A stretch of DNA of 64,000 nucleotides from Escherichia phage UPWr_E2: the sequence record PP418986.1; one strand, 5' to 3'. Both the position numbers and the translations under genes were made by a program. Numbering within the stretch: position 1 is the first letter of the stretch; each line of letters starts with the position of its first letter. Under the pieces are notes generated by a model. The model was not told the DNA's origin, searched no databases, and saw nothing but the letters and a program-made list of their open reading frames with translations. Of this stretch, positions 31,497-42,815 are shown piece after piece.

Positions 31497-32741
31497 TTAG
31501 AATTTAAAATATTTACTAATTTTGCGAGCAATTTTAGTAAAGAAAGGAGTTTTCAATTCTTTAATTTCTTCACTCATTTCCTGAATAGCCTTAATTAAAA
31601 GAGCATTCACAGCAGAGTTAGAAATTGTCAGAACATCAGATCCATCAACTTCAACTTTAGATACAGCTTCCGGTAATTCCTTTTCAAGGTCCTGAGCAAT
31701 AATACCAACTTCACGTTTAATAACACTACGGTCTTTAATAGACTTAACTTTATCGTAAATATAAACTTTCAGTCGACATACTTTTTCAAGTGCTCCGTTT
31801 TCTAGCTCTTTTTTATTAATCTTAAGACGACCATCGGAACGAATATACACATCGTTAAAGTTACCATTACCAGGAGAATAGAAAGTACCGTCGTAATGAA
31901 ATTCAAATACCGCGTTAGGGTGTCCAGCCGCTGGCGATGCCTCCGCAGATCCAACACGAATAGTTGCTTGCCCCCAATTGTTAGGGACACGACGAATACC
32001 AAGATCGACGGCAGTTACAAACCCTTGATTGGTGATTACACTTCTTCCTTTGAGAATCGGATAATAACAATCCTGTGAAACATAACCATGATCGACGAAT
32101 ATTGGTGCTTCTACTCGCCATTGGTTGCCCCAATCACCCGGTTGTCTAGCAATCCATCCAGAACCGTTAATGTGTACACGATCGCGGTTAACGTTAACCA
32201 TTGCGATATTTTGTGGATTTAGCGAAATCTCACCATTGTTTGTGATATGTACTGCCGCCTGAGTAGCATAGCTATAAAATGCTAGCGAATTATCAGCACC
32301 ACCCTTACCAATATACCAGTTACCACTCCCGTCTACGTCACCACGAATATGCAAAGCATTACCAGCAGTTGTTGATAATACAATAGAATCACCCGGACGT
32401 TTAATAATCAATCTACCTTCGGATTCAATTTCACCAAAAAATTTAGTCTTAATTGCACCAGTCGCTAAAGTACGTTCAGTGGAAAAATGAACGCCTTTGC
32501 TGTCTTCTAACTGAATAATGTTATCGCGCGCATTATTACTATCACCCCAATGATTAAACCGGAAATAATCACGTGATTGCTTACCACCCGCTTCAAACGT
32601 CAGCGTACCTTTACTTAAATTAACATCACCGCTAAAGGTAGCAGCAAGAGAATCACGTTCTAATTTTAAAACGTTAGCACCACTAGTACCACCTAAAGTA
32701 ACATCACCAGTTCTCAATTCATAACGGAAAGGTCTAATCAC
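31497..32741 (-). CDS. 37: long tail fibre distal subunit gp37, C-terminal reading frame (disrupted gene)
   Basis: 414-codon frame; first ~116 residues re-encode the duplicated segment [12 protein letters not shown]...IIKRPGD. Confidence 0.6.
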   Translation of the reverse strand: MIRPFRYELRTGDVTLGGTSGANVLKLERDSLAATFSGDVNLSKGTLTFEAGGKQSRDYFRFNHWGDSNNARDNIIQLEDSKGVHFSTERTLATGAIKTKFFGEIESEGRLIIKRPGDSIVLSTTAGNALHIRGDVDGSGNWYIGKGGADNSLAFYSYATQAAVHITNNGEISLNPQNIAMVNVNRDRVHINGSGWIARQPGDWGNQWRVEAPIFVDHGYVSQDCYYPILKGRSVITNQGFVTAVDLGIRRVPNNWGQATIRVGSAEASPAAGHPNAVFEFHYDGTFYSPGNGNFNDVYIRSDGRLKINKKELENGALEKVCRLKVYIYDKVKSIKDRSVIKREVGIIAQDLEKELPEAVSKVEVDGSDVLTISNSAVNALLIKAIQEMSEEIKELKTPFFTKIARKISKYFKF

Positions 32742-33084
32742 CCGGACGTTTAATAATCAATCTACCTTCGGATTCAATTTCACCAAAAAATTTAGTCTTA
32801 ATTGCACCAGTCGCTAAAGTACGTTCAGTGGAAAAATGAACGCCTTTGCTGTCTTCTAACTGAATAATGTTATCGCGCGCATTATTACTATCACCCCAAT
32901 GATTAAACCGGAAATAATCACGTGATTGCTTACCACCCGCTTCAAACGTCAGCGTACCTTTACTTAAATTAACATCACCGCTAAAGGTAGCAGCAAGAGA
33001 ATCACGTTCTAATTTTAAAACGTTAGCACCACTAGTACCACCTAAAGTAACATCACCAGTTCTCAATTCATAACGGAAAGGTCT
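32387..33084. repeat. perfect 349-bp direct tandem duplication (2 copies) inside gene 37
   Basis: Copies 32387-32735 and 32736-33084 identical at every position on manual comparison. Confidence 0.9.
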
Positions 33085-34833
33085 ATTTGTATTATAGTTT
33101 CCATTTTGATCATCTTCGTTGGTGGAAAGAATATAAAGATTCTCTCCATAAGTACGGAAAATTGTACCAAAATTTCCGGCATACATACGGAATGCATTAG
33201 ATGAGCGAAATTTAACTTCTGTTTTAAAAGTGGTAGTGTTATTAAGGTTAACAGTAGAGTTAAAATTGGTAGGAGCACCGAAGTTAACAGCACCATTAAA
33301 ATCTTGTTGAGCTGTCCATGTGTGGCAACCATCTTCAAGAACAACACGGCGGACTGTGCAAGTTCTATTTCCAGAATTACCGAACACACTAACGACAAAA
33401 TAACGGTAGTTTGTCTGGGATACAGTACCACGCCAAACCTGAACAGTACGTCCTGTGCTAGTGTGCTCGCTAGGACCAACAGAAAACATAATTAAGTTTC
33501 CGTCAATCGTACCCCAATCCATATTAGCTGGCATGTTCTTTATTTTGTTCAAAGGAACGCTAAACATACTACCAGGAACAAAATCAAATGTTTGCCAGTC
33601 TAACTCTGCTAAGTTAGATTTAATACCACCCATACCCAAAGTAATTGGAAGAGAGTAAGATGTATATACTTCGTTCCATGTACCCCAAACACCGCCGGTA
33701 TATGCACGCTCAAAAATACGATCGCGGGTAGTTGCACCTGTTCCGGCAGTAGTAAATTTTTGGAAAATAGCACCACCAGAAGCACGCTGTTTAACTTCCA
33801 GCAAACCAACAATAACGGTTGGTAAACCTTCACCTGTAGGACAGTTAATAACGGCATCAGTGCCTAAAATGTTATATAACCCAGGAGCTTTAAAATCATT
33901 CAGGTCTCCGTCATAGAAAGTCGCCGGTGTGACATTACCGACTTGTTGCCACGGTCCCCATTTAGGCGCAGATGCATCCCATGCAGCAGCAAGACAGCGA
34001 GTATAAACAACACCAAATCTGGTCGTATATCTCTGTGTGCGAGAATAGTTTCCACCTTCATATACTTCTAAAAGTCCTTGAGCTGACAATCCTTCTTCTG
34101 GGAAATTTCTGTCAAAGGTAGCAATGGAATTTGAACCATTTCGCCACAAACCAAGGTGTTCAGCGCCTCCTAGATCATTAAGATCAATCGTTGTTGACAG
34201 TGGACGAGTACCAGATTGAATATTTCGCCACGCACTCCACGGACCGTTTACTCCGTTCCATGTAGCAGTCAAGGAACGAATATAAACATTTCCGTATCTA
34301 GTTGTATATCTCTGAGTACCAGCAAATTGACCGGCCACAAATACTTCTAGAACACCTACAGCATTTTCTTCTGGAAATTTATTTGCTGGTTGAGCGTTGG
34401 TTGAAGTTGTTTTCGACCAAACTCCAAGATATTCTTCAACAGGCCCATACTCATCTAAATTAGCATCAACAGGTAATTCGCCGTTATTTTTTATAAACGT
34501 TGTGCTATTGACATTTATGTCAGATGGAGTTAGCGTGATATCTTTTGACCCATCAAAGGATATACCATTAATTTTTCGTGCTGTTTTTAATTTCGTTGCA
34601 GTTGCAGCGTTACCTGTTAAATTTCCAATTATGTTTCCATTAACAGTTAAAGAACCATCAATTGTTCCTCCATATTTTAAACCTAATTCTATAACACTAC
34701 CTGAGTCATCTTTTGTGAAAATTGTTTTATCTTTTAAGTTTATAGCCAATTCACCTTCGGCTAATACTGAAGCAGCAGGACGTTGACCTGCAGTTTTGCT
34801 TCTTTTAAATTGTATTTGTTTTAAAGTAGCCAT
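32734..34833 (-). CDS. 37: long tail fibre distal subunit gp37, N-terminal reading frame (terminated by frameshifting duplication)
   Basis: 699-codon ORF starting next to gene 36 stop; ends ...IIKRPGD* at the duplication junction. Confidence 0.65.
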   Translation of the reverse strand: MATLKQIQFKRSKTAGQRPAASVLAEGELAINLKDKTIFTKDDSGSVIELGLKYGGTIDGSLTVNGNIIGNLTGNAATATKLKTARKINGISFDGSKDITLTPSDINVNSTTFIKNNGELPVDANLDEYGPVEEYLGVWSKTTSTNAQPANKFPEENAVGVLEVFVAGQFAGTQRYTTRYGNVYIRSLTATWNGVNGPWSAWRNIQSGTRPLSTTIDLNDLGGAEHLGLWRNGSNSIATFDRNFPEEGLSAQGLLEVYEGGNYSRTQRYTTRFGVVYTRCLAAAWDASAPKWGPWQQVGNVTPATFYDGDLNDFKAPGLYNILGTDAVINCPTGEGLPTVIVGLLEVKQRASGGAIFQKFTTAGTGATTRDRIFERAYTGGVWGTWNEVYTSYSLPITLGMGGIKSNLAELDWQTFDFVPGSMFSVPLNKIKNMPANMDWGTIDGNLIMFSVGPSEHTSTGRTVQVWRGTVSQTNYRYFVVSVFGNSGNRTCTVRRVVLEDGCHTWTAQQDFNGAVNFGAPTNFNSTVNLNNTTTFKTEVKFRSSNAFRMYAGNFGTIFRTYGENLYILSTNEDDQNGNYNTNRPFRYELRTGDVTLGGTSGANVLKLERDSLAATFSGDVNLSKGTLTFEAGGKQSRDYFRFNHWGDSNNARDNIIQLEDSKGVHFSTERTLATGAIKTKFFGEIESEGRLIIKRPGD

Positions 34834-34841
34834 AAGTCCTC

Positions 34842-35492
34842 TTAATAATAGCCGAAATCTTGAACAGAATCCTTAATTACGATTTGGTCAAATCGTGGAA
34901 CGTGTGAAGGTTGAGATGCAGGATTCTGTGAAAAAAGGTTTGGCGCAGTTAAATTTCCTGTCATAGTGTCTCCAGAGCGTAATACCCTAGAGTTTGCATT
35001 TGCTGTAACAGTATTTATTGCTCCATCAACATAATCTTTACGAGTAACATCAGATGCTGCGGAAGGAGTAGATGTAACAGTTACAGATGGAGCCGTTACA
35101 GCTTTGGTAAATGTTGTCAAACCTTCTGGCGTAATCGTAATTTGTCCAGTAGTGATTTCACTACCTGCTGGTCTAAAACTAATACCGCCAGAAGAGCCAC
35201 CAACTACAAGAGTATTACCAGTGCCGCCACCAGAACGAATTCGGATGGGGGTTTCATTATTACTTAATTGAAGATAACTATTTACCCCGTAATTAATAGT
35301 AATTGGACCGGTGTAAGTACCACCATTAGCTTTAGAAACGAAATCGTTATCAGCTGCCTGCGGTTTATTATATTCTGAATATATTTTAAATGATTTGTAG
35401 AGTACATCGTCACCGGCTGAATTCAATGGAAAATTTCCTTGATGCCAAATGACAGATCCACCCACAGTTGAACCTACTTTTAAATCAGCCAT
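34842..35492 (-). CDS. 36: long tail fibre subunit gp36
   Basis: 216 aa beginning [23 protein letters not shown]; T4 gp36-like. Confidence 0.9.
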   Translation of the reverse strand: MADLKVGSTVGGSVIWHQGNFPLNSAGDDVLYKSFKIYSEYNKPQAADNDFVSKANGGTYTGPITINYGVNSYLQLSNNETPIRIRSGGGTGNTLVVGGSSGGISFRPAGSEITTGQITITPEGLTTFTKAVTAPSVTVTSTPSAASDVTRKDYVDGAINTVTANANSRVLRSGDTMTGNLTAPNLFSQNPASQPSHVPRFDQIVIKDSVQDFGYY

Positions 35493-35515
35493 TATATGCC
35501 CCTTTATTTTAATAT

Positions 35516-35523
35516 TATTTATA
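35516..35523 (-). promoter_or_regulatory. late promoter TATAAATA (gene 36)
   Basis: Minus-strand TATAAATA about 25 nt upstream of gene 36 start. Confidence 0.6.
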
Positions 35524-35549
35524 AAGAAAAAGGGAACCCGAAGGCTCCC
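35524..35549 (-). terminator. probable terminator after gene 35
   Basis: Minus-strand GGGAGCC TTCG GGTTCCC hairpin followed by TTTTTCTTT. Confidence 0.55.
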
Positions 35550-35554
35550 TCAGT

Positions 35555-36670
35555 TTAAACTTCTCTAAATTCCTGTCCAAACACTTTGCCAGTTTTAGAA
35601 GAGGCTTGTGTAGGAAGTACCATTATATCTGGAGGTGAAGCCGATTCACAGACATAATTAACGCGAATACCGTTGACGCCAAATTCGGCAGGTTTTGAAA
35701 TGCCGCCATTTCTTGATACTTCAGAAAAACTTAAATTTCTCATGCCGCCTTGACCTGCTTGAGCAGTTCTTTGTGCATATATCGTAAATCCTACTGCATT
35801 TTCAGGAACAACTACATAATCTTCTTTTAATTCCCAAGACCCAGCTTGCCCAGTAAACTCAGCTTGGGTCGAGGAAATATATCCATTTGATGCATCATAA
35901 AAACGAATAGATATATTTGTAGTTCCAAGATCAAGTAAATCAGCATCAGCATATAGTTGTGCTTTAAGATAAAGAACATCACCAGGAATTAAATTGTAGT
36001 CAGAAAGTTTACTTATAGCAGCTGAAGTTGGCAATCGCGCAATTTCATTATTAGTTCCTCCAACCGCAGACATAAATTGCTCAACGCTTTCGTATGTTCT
36101 TTTAGGAAATCCTGTAGCTCCGACGTCTTCTAAACTATCAAATACAACATCTAAAATAGTTTGATAATCATCTGTGCTTTTTCTATTACTTAGTTTAACA
36201 TGCTCTAATGCAATAACTCTTTTAGAAGAAGTATAAAAAGCAGCATATGACACGTCAAATCTTGACAATACTGAATCTGATGGAAAAACTGAAGTTCCTG
36301 CTCCCCTTAACCAAGATACCACTTCAGGAGGAAAATTAACCTTTCCGCTAGTTAATATAGCAACAAGTCTATTGTTTGACAAAGAATTCATGAAACTGAC
36401 AAAAGCGGCAGATGTTGTATCGTTTGAAGCAGAAAAAGCATATGACTTGCTATCAACTAATGCTCCCGTAGAAGGGTCAAAAACTCTTAAATGAAGACCT
36501 GCACTAAATGTTTGATTTCCAACGGGATTATCCTGAAATTTAACATATGGCCCCGCAGTAGAAAGCGGGCAAGAACCCGCTATGCTTATTTTATATCTTA
36601 CTGAATTGCTTTCCGATAAAAATGGCGTTTGGACATATCCTTGTCCAAACTCTGCCATAAATTTTTCCAT
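35555..36670 (-). CDS. 35: long tail fibre hinge protein gp35
   Basis: 371 aa; between 34 and 36. Confidence 0.9.
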   Translation of the reverse strand: MEKFMAEFGQGYVQTPFLSESNSVRYKISIAGSCPLSTAGPYVKFQDNPVGNQTFSAGLHLRVFDPSTGALVDSKSYAFSASNDTTSAAFVSFMNSLSNNRLVAILTSGKVNFPPEVVSWLRGAGTSVFPSDSVLSRFDVSYAAFYTSSKRVIALEHVKLSNRKSTDDYQTILDVVFDSLEDVGATGFPKRTYESVEQFMSAVGGTNNEIARLPTSAAISKLSDYNLIPGDVLYLKAQLYADADLLDLGTTNISIRFYDASNGYISSTQAEFTGQAGSWELKEDYVVVPENAVGFTIYAQRTAQAGQGGMRNLSFSEVSRNGGISKPAEFGVNGIRVNYVCESASPPDIMVLPTQASSKTGKVFGQEFREV

Positions 36671-36678
36671 AATACCTC

Positions 36679-39600
36679 TTATTCAATCCACTCAAATTTA
36701 ACAGTTTTATTCACTGGGTCAGGAATAATGCGAACATTACCAATTCGCAAGAAATCGCGAATAGTAAGATTACCTATTATTCCATTATCAGATGGGATCG
36801 CTCCTATATCTGAAGGTTGAGGAGGGTTACCTCCGTCAAATACCTGAACAAAACTTGACCAAGAGTTTTTGGTTTTCTGCCATGTACGTGTCCAGCGAGT
36901 GGTACGTGCTTCTGGGGTCGTTGGATAAGTAATCCAATCTTGGTAAAGTGAATCAAGTGTGTTACCAAACTGAGTCAATGTACCAGGAGATTTAACTTCT
37001 TCACCACGTTCTAAGTATGGAAGTCCAGTCACTTCATTAGTTTTTTCAACCATTTTAAAATAACCCGGGAACTGGTTATAAGTGGCTGAATCATTAATAT
37101 CGATTGACCAGAATCCTACTGTATCAGATGTTGGCGCACGGGTATATAAATCAGAGGTTTTAGTACCCTGAGAACGAATTCTCGAGTTAACAGTCAAACC
37201 ACCCGAACTTATAGTAGCACCTTTTGCAATGATTAAGCTTTCACCAATCGTTACTTGGCCAGATGCATTATTAATAGCTAAAGGACGCAATCCATTAAAT
37301 CCGCCAGTTTGATCACCCGATGCAGTAAGCATAAAATTCGTTACTGACCCGTCATTGCGAACAATGAAACCATAATTTCCGCTAATAGCACGGAAAGCAT
37401 TTGCGCTTCGAGAAATAATTTCACCAGTTGCAGTGACTGAATTACCAAATGTTGCTACACCATTTGCATTCAATGTTCCTGAAGCATTAACATTTATCGG
37501 TGTTACTGTACCGTTGATATTAAATGTTATATTTCCAGCTTTATTACGCTGAGAATAAAAATGACTAGACGTTTCATCACTAACTTCAAATACGGTAGAA
37601 CGTGTTGTGTCTGATTCCCCACTAAACTGATTTCCCCACACTCTGACTGTCATCGTTTGAGCTGGGTTTGTTCCAGTTTGAGGTCCTTTCTCAAAAATCA
37701 GACGAGTTGCCGTTCCAGTATTAGAAATAGTTAATGTACTATTTGCTGAAACTGATCCACCGAATGTAGCAGTACTAGATGATACAAGAGGGGCACTCAG
37801 ATTCGTTTGTTGGGTTAAGGTTAGTGAACCATTAACTGTTTGTGCAATGTCCCTACGAATGAACTGGAGCGAATCTAGACCATCTAATAAATTACTATCT
37901 ACAGCTTTTGCTTTTAATGGCAAATAATTTGCTAATACGCGATTTAATTCATATGGTGATACTGCATAACCATTTTTCTCATATGATTCTAATGGCTGTG
38001 TTGAACCTACCGTATCATTACCAACAAACGTTAATGAACCAGAAGAAGTTTTAACAAACCCTCTTATCAGAGTAGTTGCTGCCCAAGTTGGTTCACTCTG
38101 CACAATCCATTTTAAATTTTTTGGAGATACAGCAGTATTTGCTGACGTTCCAGTCACAGTTTCAGACTGAGTTGCAACTTTAATAACACCTTCTTGCGAT
38201 TCGGTAGATTTAGTACCTAAAAGCTTTTTAGGAGTTATTAAAACATTATCTAATGTTCCTGCAGCAGCTTCAACTTGTGTAGCTACACGAAGTGTACCAC
38301 GCTGTGTCTCATTTGCTTCAAGAATATTAAGGGTATAATGGTCCCAGAGAGTTCCTGATTCAACTAATCCAGATAGAGCAACAACAGAAGTACGATCAGT
38401 ACTATTAAATCTGGTTTTAATTTTTAATGGTGTAGAGATACGAGTATCGTCGACGCCTGCGTCGAATTCAACCTGTGTAGCAATTTCAGCTATACCACTT
38501 AAACTTTCAGTTGCTCTACGGTCATTTAAAGTTTTAGGAGTGACTGCACGAGTATAGTCAGTTCCTGTATTAACTTCACTTTGCGTAGCAATTTCAATTA
38601 AACCAATTCTTCCATCAGTTGATGTCTTTTTATGTAACGTTTCTGGCGTTACAACCGCATTTGCCCATCCTTCTTGGCTTTGTCCAGCAATTACTTCACT
38701 TTCAACTGCTAAAATTACTGCGCCTTGTTGCGTTGGAGTAGCTTTATACTGATCCAAAGCTTTAGGTGAAACAACTAAATTATTAGTGTTTTTATTATAA
38801 ACATTCGTACCATTTAATTCACGACTAGAAGCTGGAGTAGCTCCTGCGGTAGATACAAAAGTTACAATACCCGATAATGTTTCAGAACCTTGACGAGCTT
38901 GAAGCTTTTTAGGAGTGATGATTGTAGTATCATCAGTACCTGTATTAGTTTCCTGCTGCGTAGCAATTTCAGCGACACCTCTGCGAGTTTCTGTAGCAGT
39001 TCTTTCATTCAGCTTTTTAGGAGTGATGATAAGGTCATCTGCAAAAGAGAATGTGGTGTTCTGATTCACTTGAGCAGTAGTTGCTATTCTTGCAATACCT
39101 CTGCGAGTTTCTGTAGCAGTACGATTAGCTAACGTTTCTGGAGTAATTGCCAATTCTTTTTGCGGAGAATTTTCTAAATCAGCATTTGCTTGAGCTTGTG
39201 TAGCTAAAGCAATTACGCCTAATCTTGCTCTAGTAGAATTATTTAAAGAATCGACTCTTTCAACTGTTGGAACGTTTTGCTGTACAACCCAGTATTTTCC
39301 ATCAGAATCTTCTATATAAGCAAGTTGCAAAACTGGTACATAATTAGTTTCACCATTAAAAACTAATTCTTGAACTGTTACCCATTCAGCTTCAGGCGGA
39401 TATTCTGAACGTTTTGGGAATTGCAGCAATTGAACTGAAGAAGCAATTTTATCTTCACCGGCAGCTTTGATTTTAACTGTTTGTCCTTTTCTCATGTAAT
39501 TCATGGAAATTTTAACAGTATCACCAACAGAAATATCAGTCGGAAGCTGAAGTTCAATTGTTTGGGTTGTTCCATTATTCGCGCCAAATACCATGACTTC

Positions 39601-40548
39601 TTCATTTGGACGAATATTTGAATTAGTTGTTATAATGCGTAAACGTGCTTTACTATCCCCGTCAAACAATCTCCACAATTTCTCATTATCGTCAAACATC
39701 AAGAAACCGTCAATCGATGTACGGCCTTCAATGGAATGAGTTCCAACTTCTTGTACTGAAGTCGTTTCATCGTATGTAGTAACAATTGTATGATAAAGTG
39801 GATTCAGTTTATCTAAATCAACGAAATTAATAATATCGCCATGATTAGCAAATCTCGGAAGTTTAACATTAATTGGTGCAGCAGAAGTAAATCTACGTAC
39901 GATAAAATCATTAGATTGTGCTTGATATGCAGTCGATGGAGTAACAATCGCAGCTTCTCTGCTATAATCAGCAATATACATTTGCCACAAACGATTATTA
40001 AAAATGAATACCATCTGTGACTTTGGATGAGTCATTAAAACTGAACGTACCTGTTCACCTCTAAAATTGACAATACTCTGATTTGAAGAATTTATTTTAA
40101 CCTGATTTATGCCAGGTTTTCCACCGATATCTTGAATTATTACGGTTTCTCCATCAAGCGGAGAAGGTGGTAAAGTAAACTCAATGTCATTGCCAACTGA
40201 TGTATCTACTGAAATTGCTTCTCCGGATTTTAATTGATATGGTCCAGATGATACGGTTGTATATACGGCATCAGTACGTAATGCTTTCCAACGAATTCTA
40301 TTAAAATTTCCAGCAGGTTTTGGAATATTATCCGTTGCTGCCCAAAAACGATTATTATAAATGATTACAAAATCTTTTAAATATCCACGAGTTGGGTCAT
40401 ATTGCTGAACTGTGTTTTCTTGAATTAAGTAATCAACGTTAACACCGTCAGTTCCTACGGTACGATCAGCTAAAGCTACGTTGATTATTTTATCGCCACC
40501 TGCGTCCAGACCATCTTCTGCTCTGAACTTTCTTTTAATCTCGGCCAT
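36679..40548 (-). CDS. 34: long tail fibre proximal subunit gp34
   Basis: 1289 aa beginning MAEIKRKFRAEDGLDAGGDKIINVALADRT; same length as T4 gp34. Confidence 0.95.
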   Translation of the reverse strand: MAEIKRKFRAEDGLDAGGDKIINVALADRTVGTDGVNVDYLIQENTVQQYDPTRGYLKDFVIIYNNRFWAATDNIPKPAGNFNRIRWKALRTDAVYTTVSSGPYQLKSGEAISVDTSVGNDIEFTLPPSPLDGETVIIQDIGGKPGINQVKINSSNQSIVNFRGEQVRSVLMTHPKSQMVFIFNNRLWQMYIADYSREAAIVTPSTAYQAQSNDFIVRRFTSAAPINVKLPRFANHGDIINFVDLDKLNPLYHTIVTTYDETTSVQEVGTHSIEGRTSIDGFLMFDDNEKLWRLFDGDSKARLRIITTNSNIRPNEEVMVFGANNGTTQTIELQLPTDISVGDTVKISMNYMRKGQTVKIKAAGEDKIASSVQLLQFPKRSEYPPEAEWVTVQELVFNGETNYVPVLQLAYIEDSDGKYWVVQQNVPTVERVDSLNNSTRARLGVIALATQAQANADLENSPQKELAITPETLANRTATETRRGIARIATTAQVNQNTTFSFADDLIITPKKLNERTATETRRGVAEIATQQETNTGTDDTTIITPKKLQARQGSETLSGIVTFVSTAGATPASSRELNGTNVYNKNTNNLVVSPKALDQYKATPTQQGAVILAVESEVIAGQSQEGWANAVVTPETLHKKTSTDGRIGLIEIATQSEVNTGTDYTRAVTPKTLNDRRATESLSGIAEIATQVEFDAGVDDTRISTPLKIKTRFNSTDRTSVVALSGLVESGTLWDHYTLNILEANETQRGTLRVATQVEAAAGTLDNVLITPKKLLGTKSTESQEGVIKVATQSETVTGTSANTAVSPKNLKWIVQSEPTWAATTLIRGFVKTSSGSLTFVGNDTVGSTQPLESYEKNGYAVSPYELNRVLANYLPLKAKAVDSNLLDGLDSLQFIRRDIAQTVNGSLTLTQQTNLSAPLVSSSTATFGGSVSANSTLTISNTGTATRLIFEKGPQTGTNPAQTMTVRVWGNQFSGESDTTRSTVFEVSDETSSHFYSQRNKAGNITFNINGTVTPINVNASGTLNANGVATFGNSVTATGEIISRSANAFRAISGNYGFIVRNDGSVTNFMLTASGDQTGGFNGLRPLAINNASGQVTIGESLIIAKGATISSGGLTVNSRIRSQGTKTSDLYTRAPTSDTVGFWSIDINDSATYNQFPGYFKMVEKTNEVTGLPYLERGEEVKSPGTLTQFGNTLDSLYQDWITYPTTPEARTTRWTRTWQKTKNSWSSFVQVFDGGNPPQPSDIGAIPSDNGIIGNLTIRDFLRIGNVRIIPDPVNKTVKFEWIE

Positions 40549-40582
40549 TCTCCCGGGCTCCTATTGTGTTTTCAATAATAAG

Positions 40583-40590
40583 TATTTATA
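40583..40590 (-). promoter_or_regulatory. late promoter TATAAATA (gene 34)
   Basis: Minus-strand TATAAATA about 35 nt upstream of gene 34 start. Confidence 0.65.
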
Positions 40591-40593
40591 CCT

Positions 40594-40623
40594 GTTTACT
40601 TTAAGATTTAGATAGTATATAAT
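40594..40623 (+). promoter_or_regulatory. T4-type early promoter (rnh)
   Basis: GTTTAC at 40594, TATAAT at 40618. Confidence 0.6.
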
Positions 40624-40652
40624 AGAAATCTCACTAATTGAACGAGGTTCAT

Positions 40653-41570
40653 ATGGATTTAGAAATGATGCTGGATGAAGATTACAAAGAAGGAATTTGC
40701 TTTATTGACTTTAGTCAAATTGCTCTTTCAACTGCTCTGGTAAACTTCCCAGATAAAGAAAAAATTAATTTATCAATGGTTCGTCATTTGATATTGAACT
40801 CAATTAAGTTTAATGTCAAAAAAGCAAAAACGCTTGGATACACTAAAATTGTGCTGTGTATTGATAACGCGAAATCTGGATACTGGCGTCGTGATTTTGC
40901 TTATTATTATAAGAAAAACCGTGGAAAAGCACGAGAAGAATCTACTTGGGACTGGGAAGGTTATTTTGAATCCAGCCATAAAGTTATAGATGAATTGAAA
41001 GCTTATATGCCATACATTGTTATGGATATTGATAAGTATGAAGCAGATGACCATATTGCTGTTCTTGTTAAAAAGTTCTCTTTAGAAGGACACAAGATTT
41101 TAATCATTTCGTCGGATGGTGACTTTACACAGCTTCACAAATATCCAAATGTTAAGCAATGGTCACCGATGCATAAGAAATGGGTTAAAATTAAAAGCGG
41201 TTCTGCTGAAATTGACTGTATGACTAAAATCCTTAAAGGCGACAAAAAGGATAACGTTGCTTCAGTTAAAGTACGATCTGACTTTTGGTTTACCAGAGTT
41301 GAAGGTGAACGAACTCCTTCAATGAAAACTTCAATCGTTGAAGCTATTGCTAATGACCGTGAGCAAGCTAAGGTGCTTCTCTCAGAATCTGAGTATAATC
41401 GTTATAAAGAAAATTTAGTTCTAATTGATTTTGATTATATTCCTGATAATATTGCTTCAAACATTGTGAATTACTATAATTCATATAAATTACCACCGCG
41501 TGGCAAAATTTATTCATATTTTGTAAAAGCGGGTCTTTCTAAATTAACTAATAGCATTAATGAATTTTGA
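40653..41570 (+). CDS. rnh: RNase H (5'-3' flap exonuclease)
   Basis: 305 aa from MDLEMMLDEDYKEGICFIDFSQ; matches T4 RNase H. Confidence 0.9.
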   Translation: MDLEMMLDEDYKEGICFIDFSQIALSTALVNFPDKEKINLSMVRHLILNSIKFNVKKAKTLGYTKIVLCIDNAKSGYWRRDFAYYYKKNRGKAREESTWDWEGYFESSHKVIDELKAYMPYIVMDIDKYEADDHIAVLVKKFSLEGHKILIISSDGDFTQLHKYPNVKQWSPMHKKWVKIKSGSAEIDCMTKILKGDKKDNVASVKVRSDFWFTRVEGERTPSMKTSIVEAIANDREQAKVLLSESEYNRYKENLVLIDFDYIPDNIASNIVNYYNSYKLPPRGKIYSYFVKAGLSKLTNSINEF

Positions 41571-41578
41571 GGTGAATA

Positions 41579-41848
41579 ATGGCTAAAAAAGAAATGGTTG
41601 AATTTGATGAAGCTATCCATGGCGAAGACTTGGCTAAATTTATTAAAGAAGCATCTGATCATAAACTGAAAATTTCCGGTTATAATGAATTGATTAAAGA
41701 TATTCGAATTCGTGCCAAAGATGAACTTGGCGTTGATGGTAAGATGTTTAATCGTCTATTAGCTTTGTATCATAAAGATAACCGTGATGTGTTTGAAGCT
41801 GAAACTGAAGAGGTAGTTGAACTTTATGACACAGTTTTCTCTAAATGA
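41579..41848 (+). CDS. dsbA: dsDNA-binding protein DsbA
   Basis: 89 aa; position between rnh and 33. Confidence 0.8.
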   Translation: MAKKEMVEFDEAIHGEDLAKFIKEASDHKLKISGYNELIKDIRIRAKDELGVDGKMFNRLLALYHKDNRDVFEAETEEVVELYDTVFSK

Positions 41849-42164
41849 CATTCGTCCGGTCGATGAGACCGGTCTTTCAGAAAAAGAACTTTCAATCAAG
41901 AAAGAAAAGGATGAAATAGCAAAGCTTCTTGATCGTCAAGAAAATGGATTTATTATTGAAAAAATGGTAGAAGAGTTTGGAATGAGTTATCTTGAAGCTA
42001 CAACAGCATTCTTAGAAGAAAACTCTATTCCTGAAACTCAATTTGCTAAATTTATTCCTTCGGGTATAATTGAAAAAATTCAGTCAGAAGCCATTGACGA
42101 AAATCTTTTACGTCCTTCTGTTGTTCGTTGTGAAAAAACTAATACATTAGATTTTCTGCTATGA
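41826..42164 (+). CDS. 33: late transcription co-activator gp33
   Basis: 112 aa from MTQFSLNDIRPVDETG. Confidence 0.8.
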   Translation: MTQFSLNDIRPVDETGLSEKELSIKKEKDEIAKLLDRQENGFIIEKMVEEFGMSYLEATTAFLEENSIPETQFAKFIPSGIIEKIQSEAIDENLLRPSVVRCEKTNTLDFLL

Positions 42165-42814
42165 TTAAACTCCGCATGCCTGCTGGTGGTGAAAGATACA
42201 TTGATGGTAAATCAGTTTATAAATTATACTTAATGATAAAACAACATATGAATGGAAAGTATGATGTTATTAAGTATAATTGGTGCATGCGGGTGTCTGA
42301 TGCCGCTTATCAAAAGCGAAGGGATAAGTATTTTTTCCAGAAGTTATCAGAAAAATATAAATTAAAGGAACTTGCTTTAATCTTTATAAGCAATCTTGTT
42401 GCTAACCAGGATGCTTGGATTGGCGACATCTCTGACGCTGATGCACTTGTGTTTTATCGTGAATATATCGGACGCTTAAAGCAAATTAAATTTAAGTTTG
42501 AAGAAGATATTCGCAACATTTATTATTTTAGTAAGAAAGTTGAAGTTTCTGCTTTTAAAGAAATCTTTGAGTATAATCCAAAAGTTCAATCAAGTTATAT
42601 TTTTAAACTACTTCAATCGAATATAATTTCGTTTGAAACGTTTATCTTGCTTGATTCGTTTTTAAATATAATTGATAAACACGATGAACAGACTGATAAT
42701 TTAGTCTGGAATAATTATTCTATAAAGTTAAAGGCTTATAGAAAAATTTTAAATATTGATTCACAGAAAGCTAAAAATGTTTTCATTGAAACTGTGAAAT
42801 CTTGCAAGTATTGA
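42161..42814 (+). CDS. 59: helicase loader gp59
   Basis: 217 aa; matches T4 gp59 in size and position. Confidence 0.9.
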   Translation: MIKLRMPAGGERYIDGKSVYKLYLMIKQHMNGKYDVIKYNWCMRVSDAAYQKRRDKYFFQKLSEKYKLKELALIFISNLVANQDAWIGDISDADALVFYREYIGRLKQIKFKFEEDIRNIYYFSKKVEVSAFKEIFEYNPKVQSSYIFKLLQSNIISFETFILLDSFLNIIDKHDEQTDNLVWNNYSIKLKAYRKILNIDSQKAKNVFIETVKSCKY

Positions 42815-42815
42815 T

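Noticed and set aside
32387-33084. Interpreting the duplicated segment as a natural internal protein repeat of gp37
   Set aside because: The copies are identical at the nucleotide level over 349 bp and their length breaks the reading frame, which is not expected for an evolved in-frame protein repeat.
33063-34786. Several ORFs of 60-140 aa on both strands inside gene 37 and ORF 38890-39132 inside gene 34
   Set aside because: Embedded in long, well-supported tail-fibre frames; typical spurious frames in Gly/Thr/Asn-rich coding sequence.
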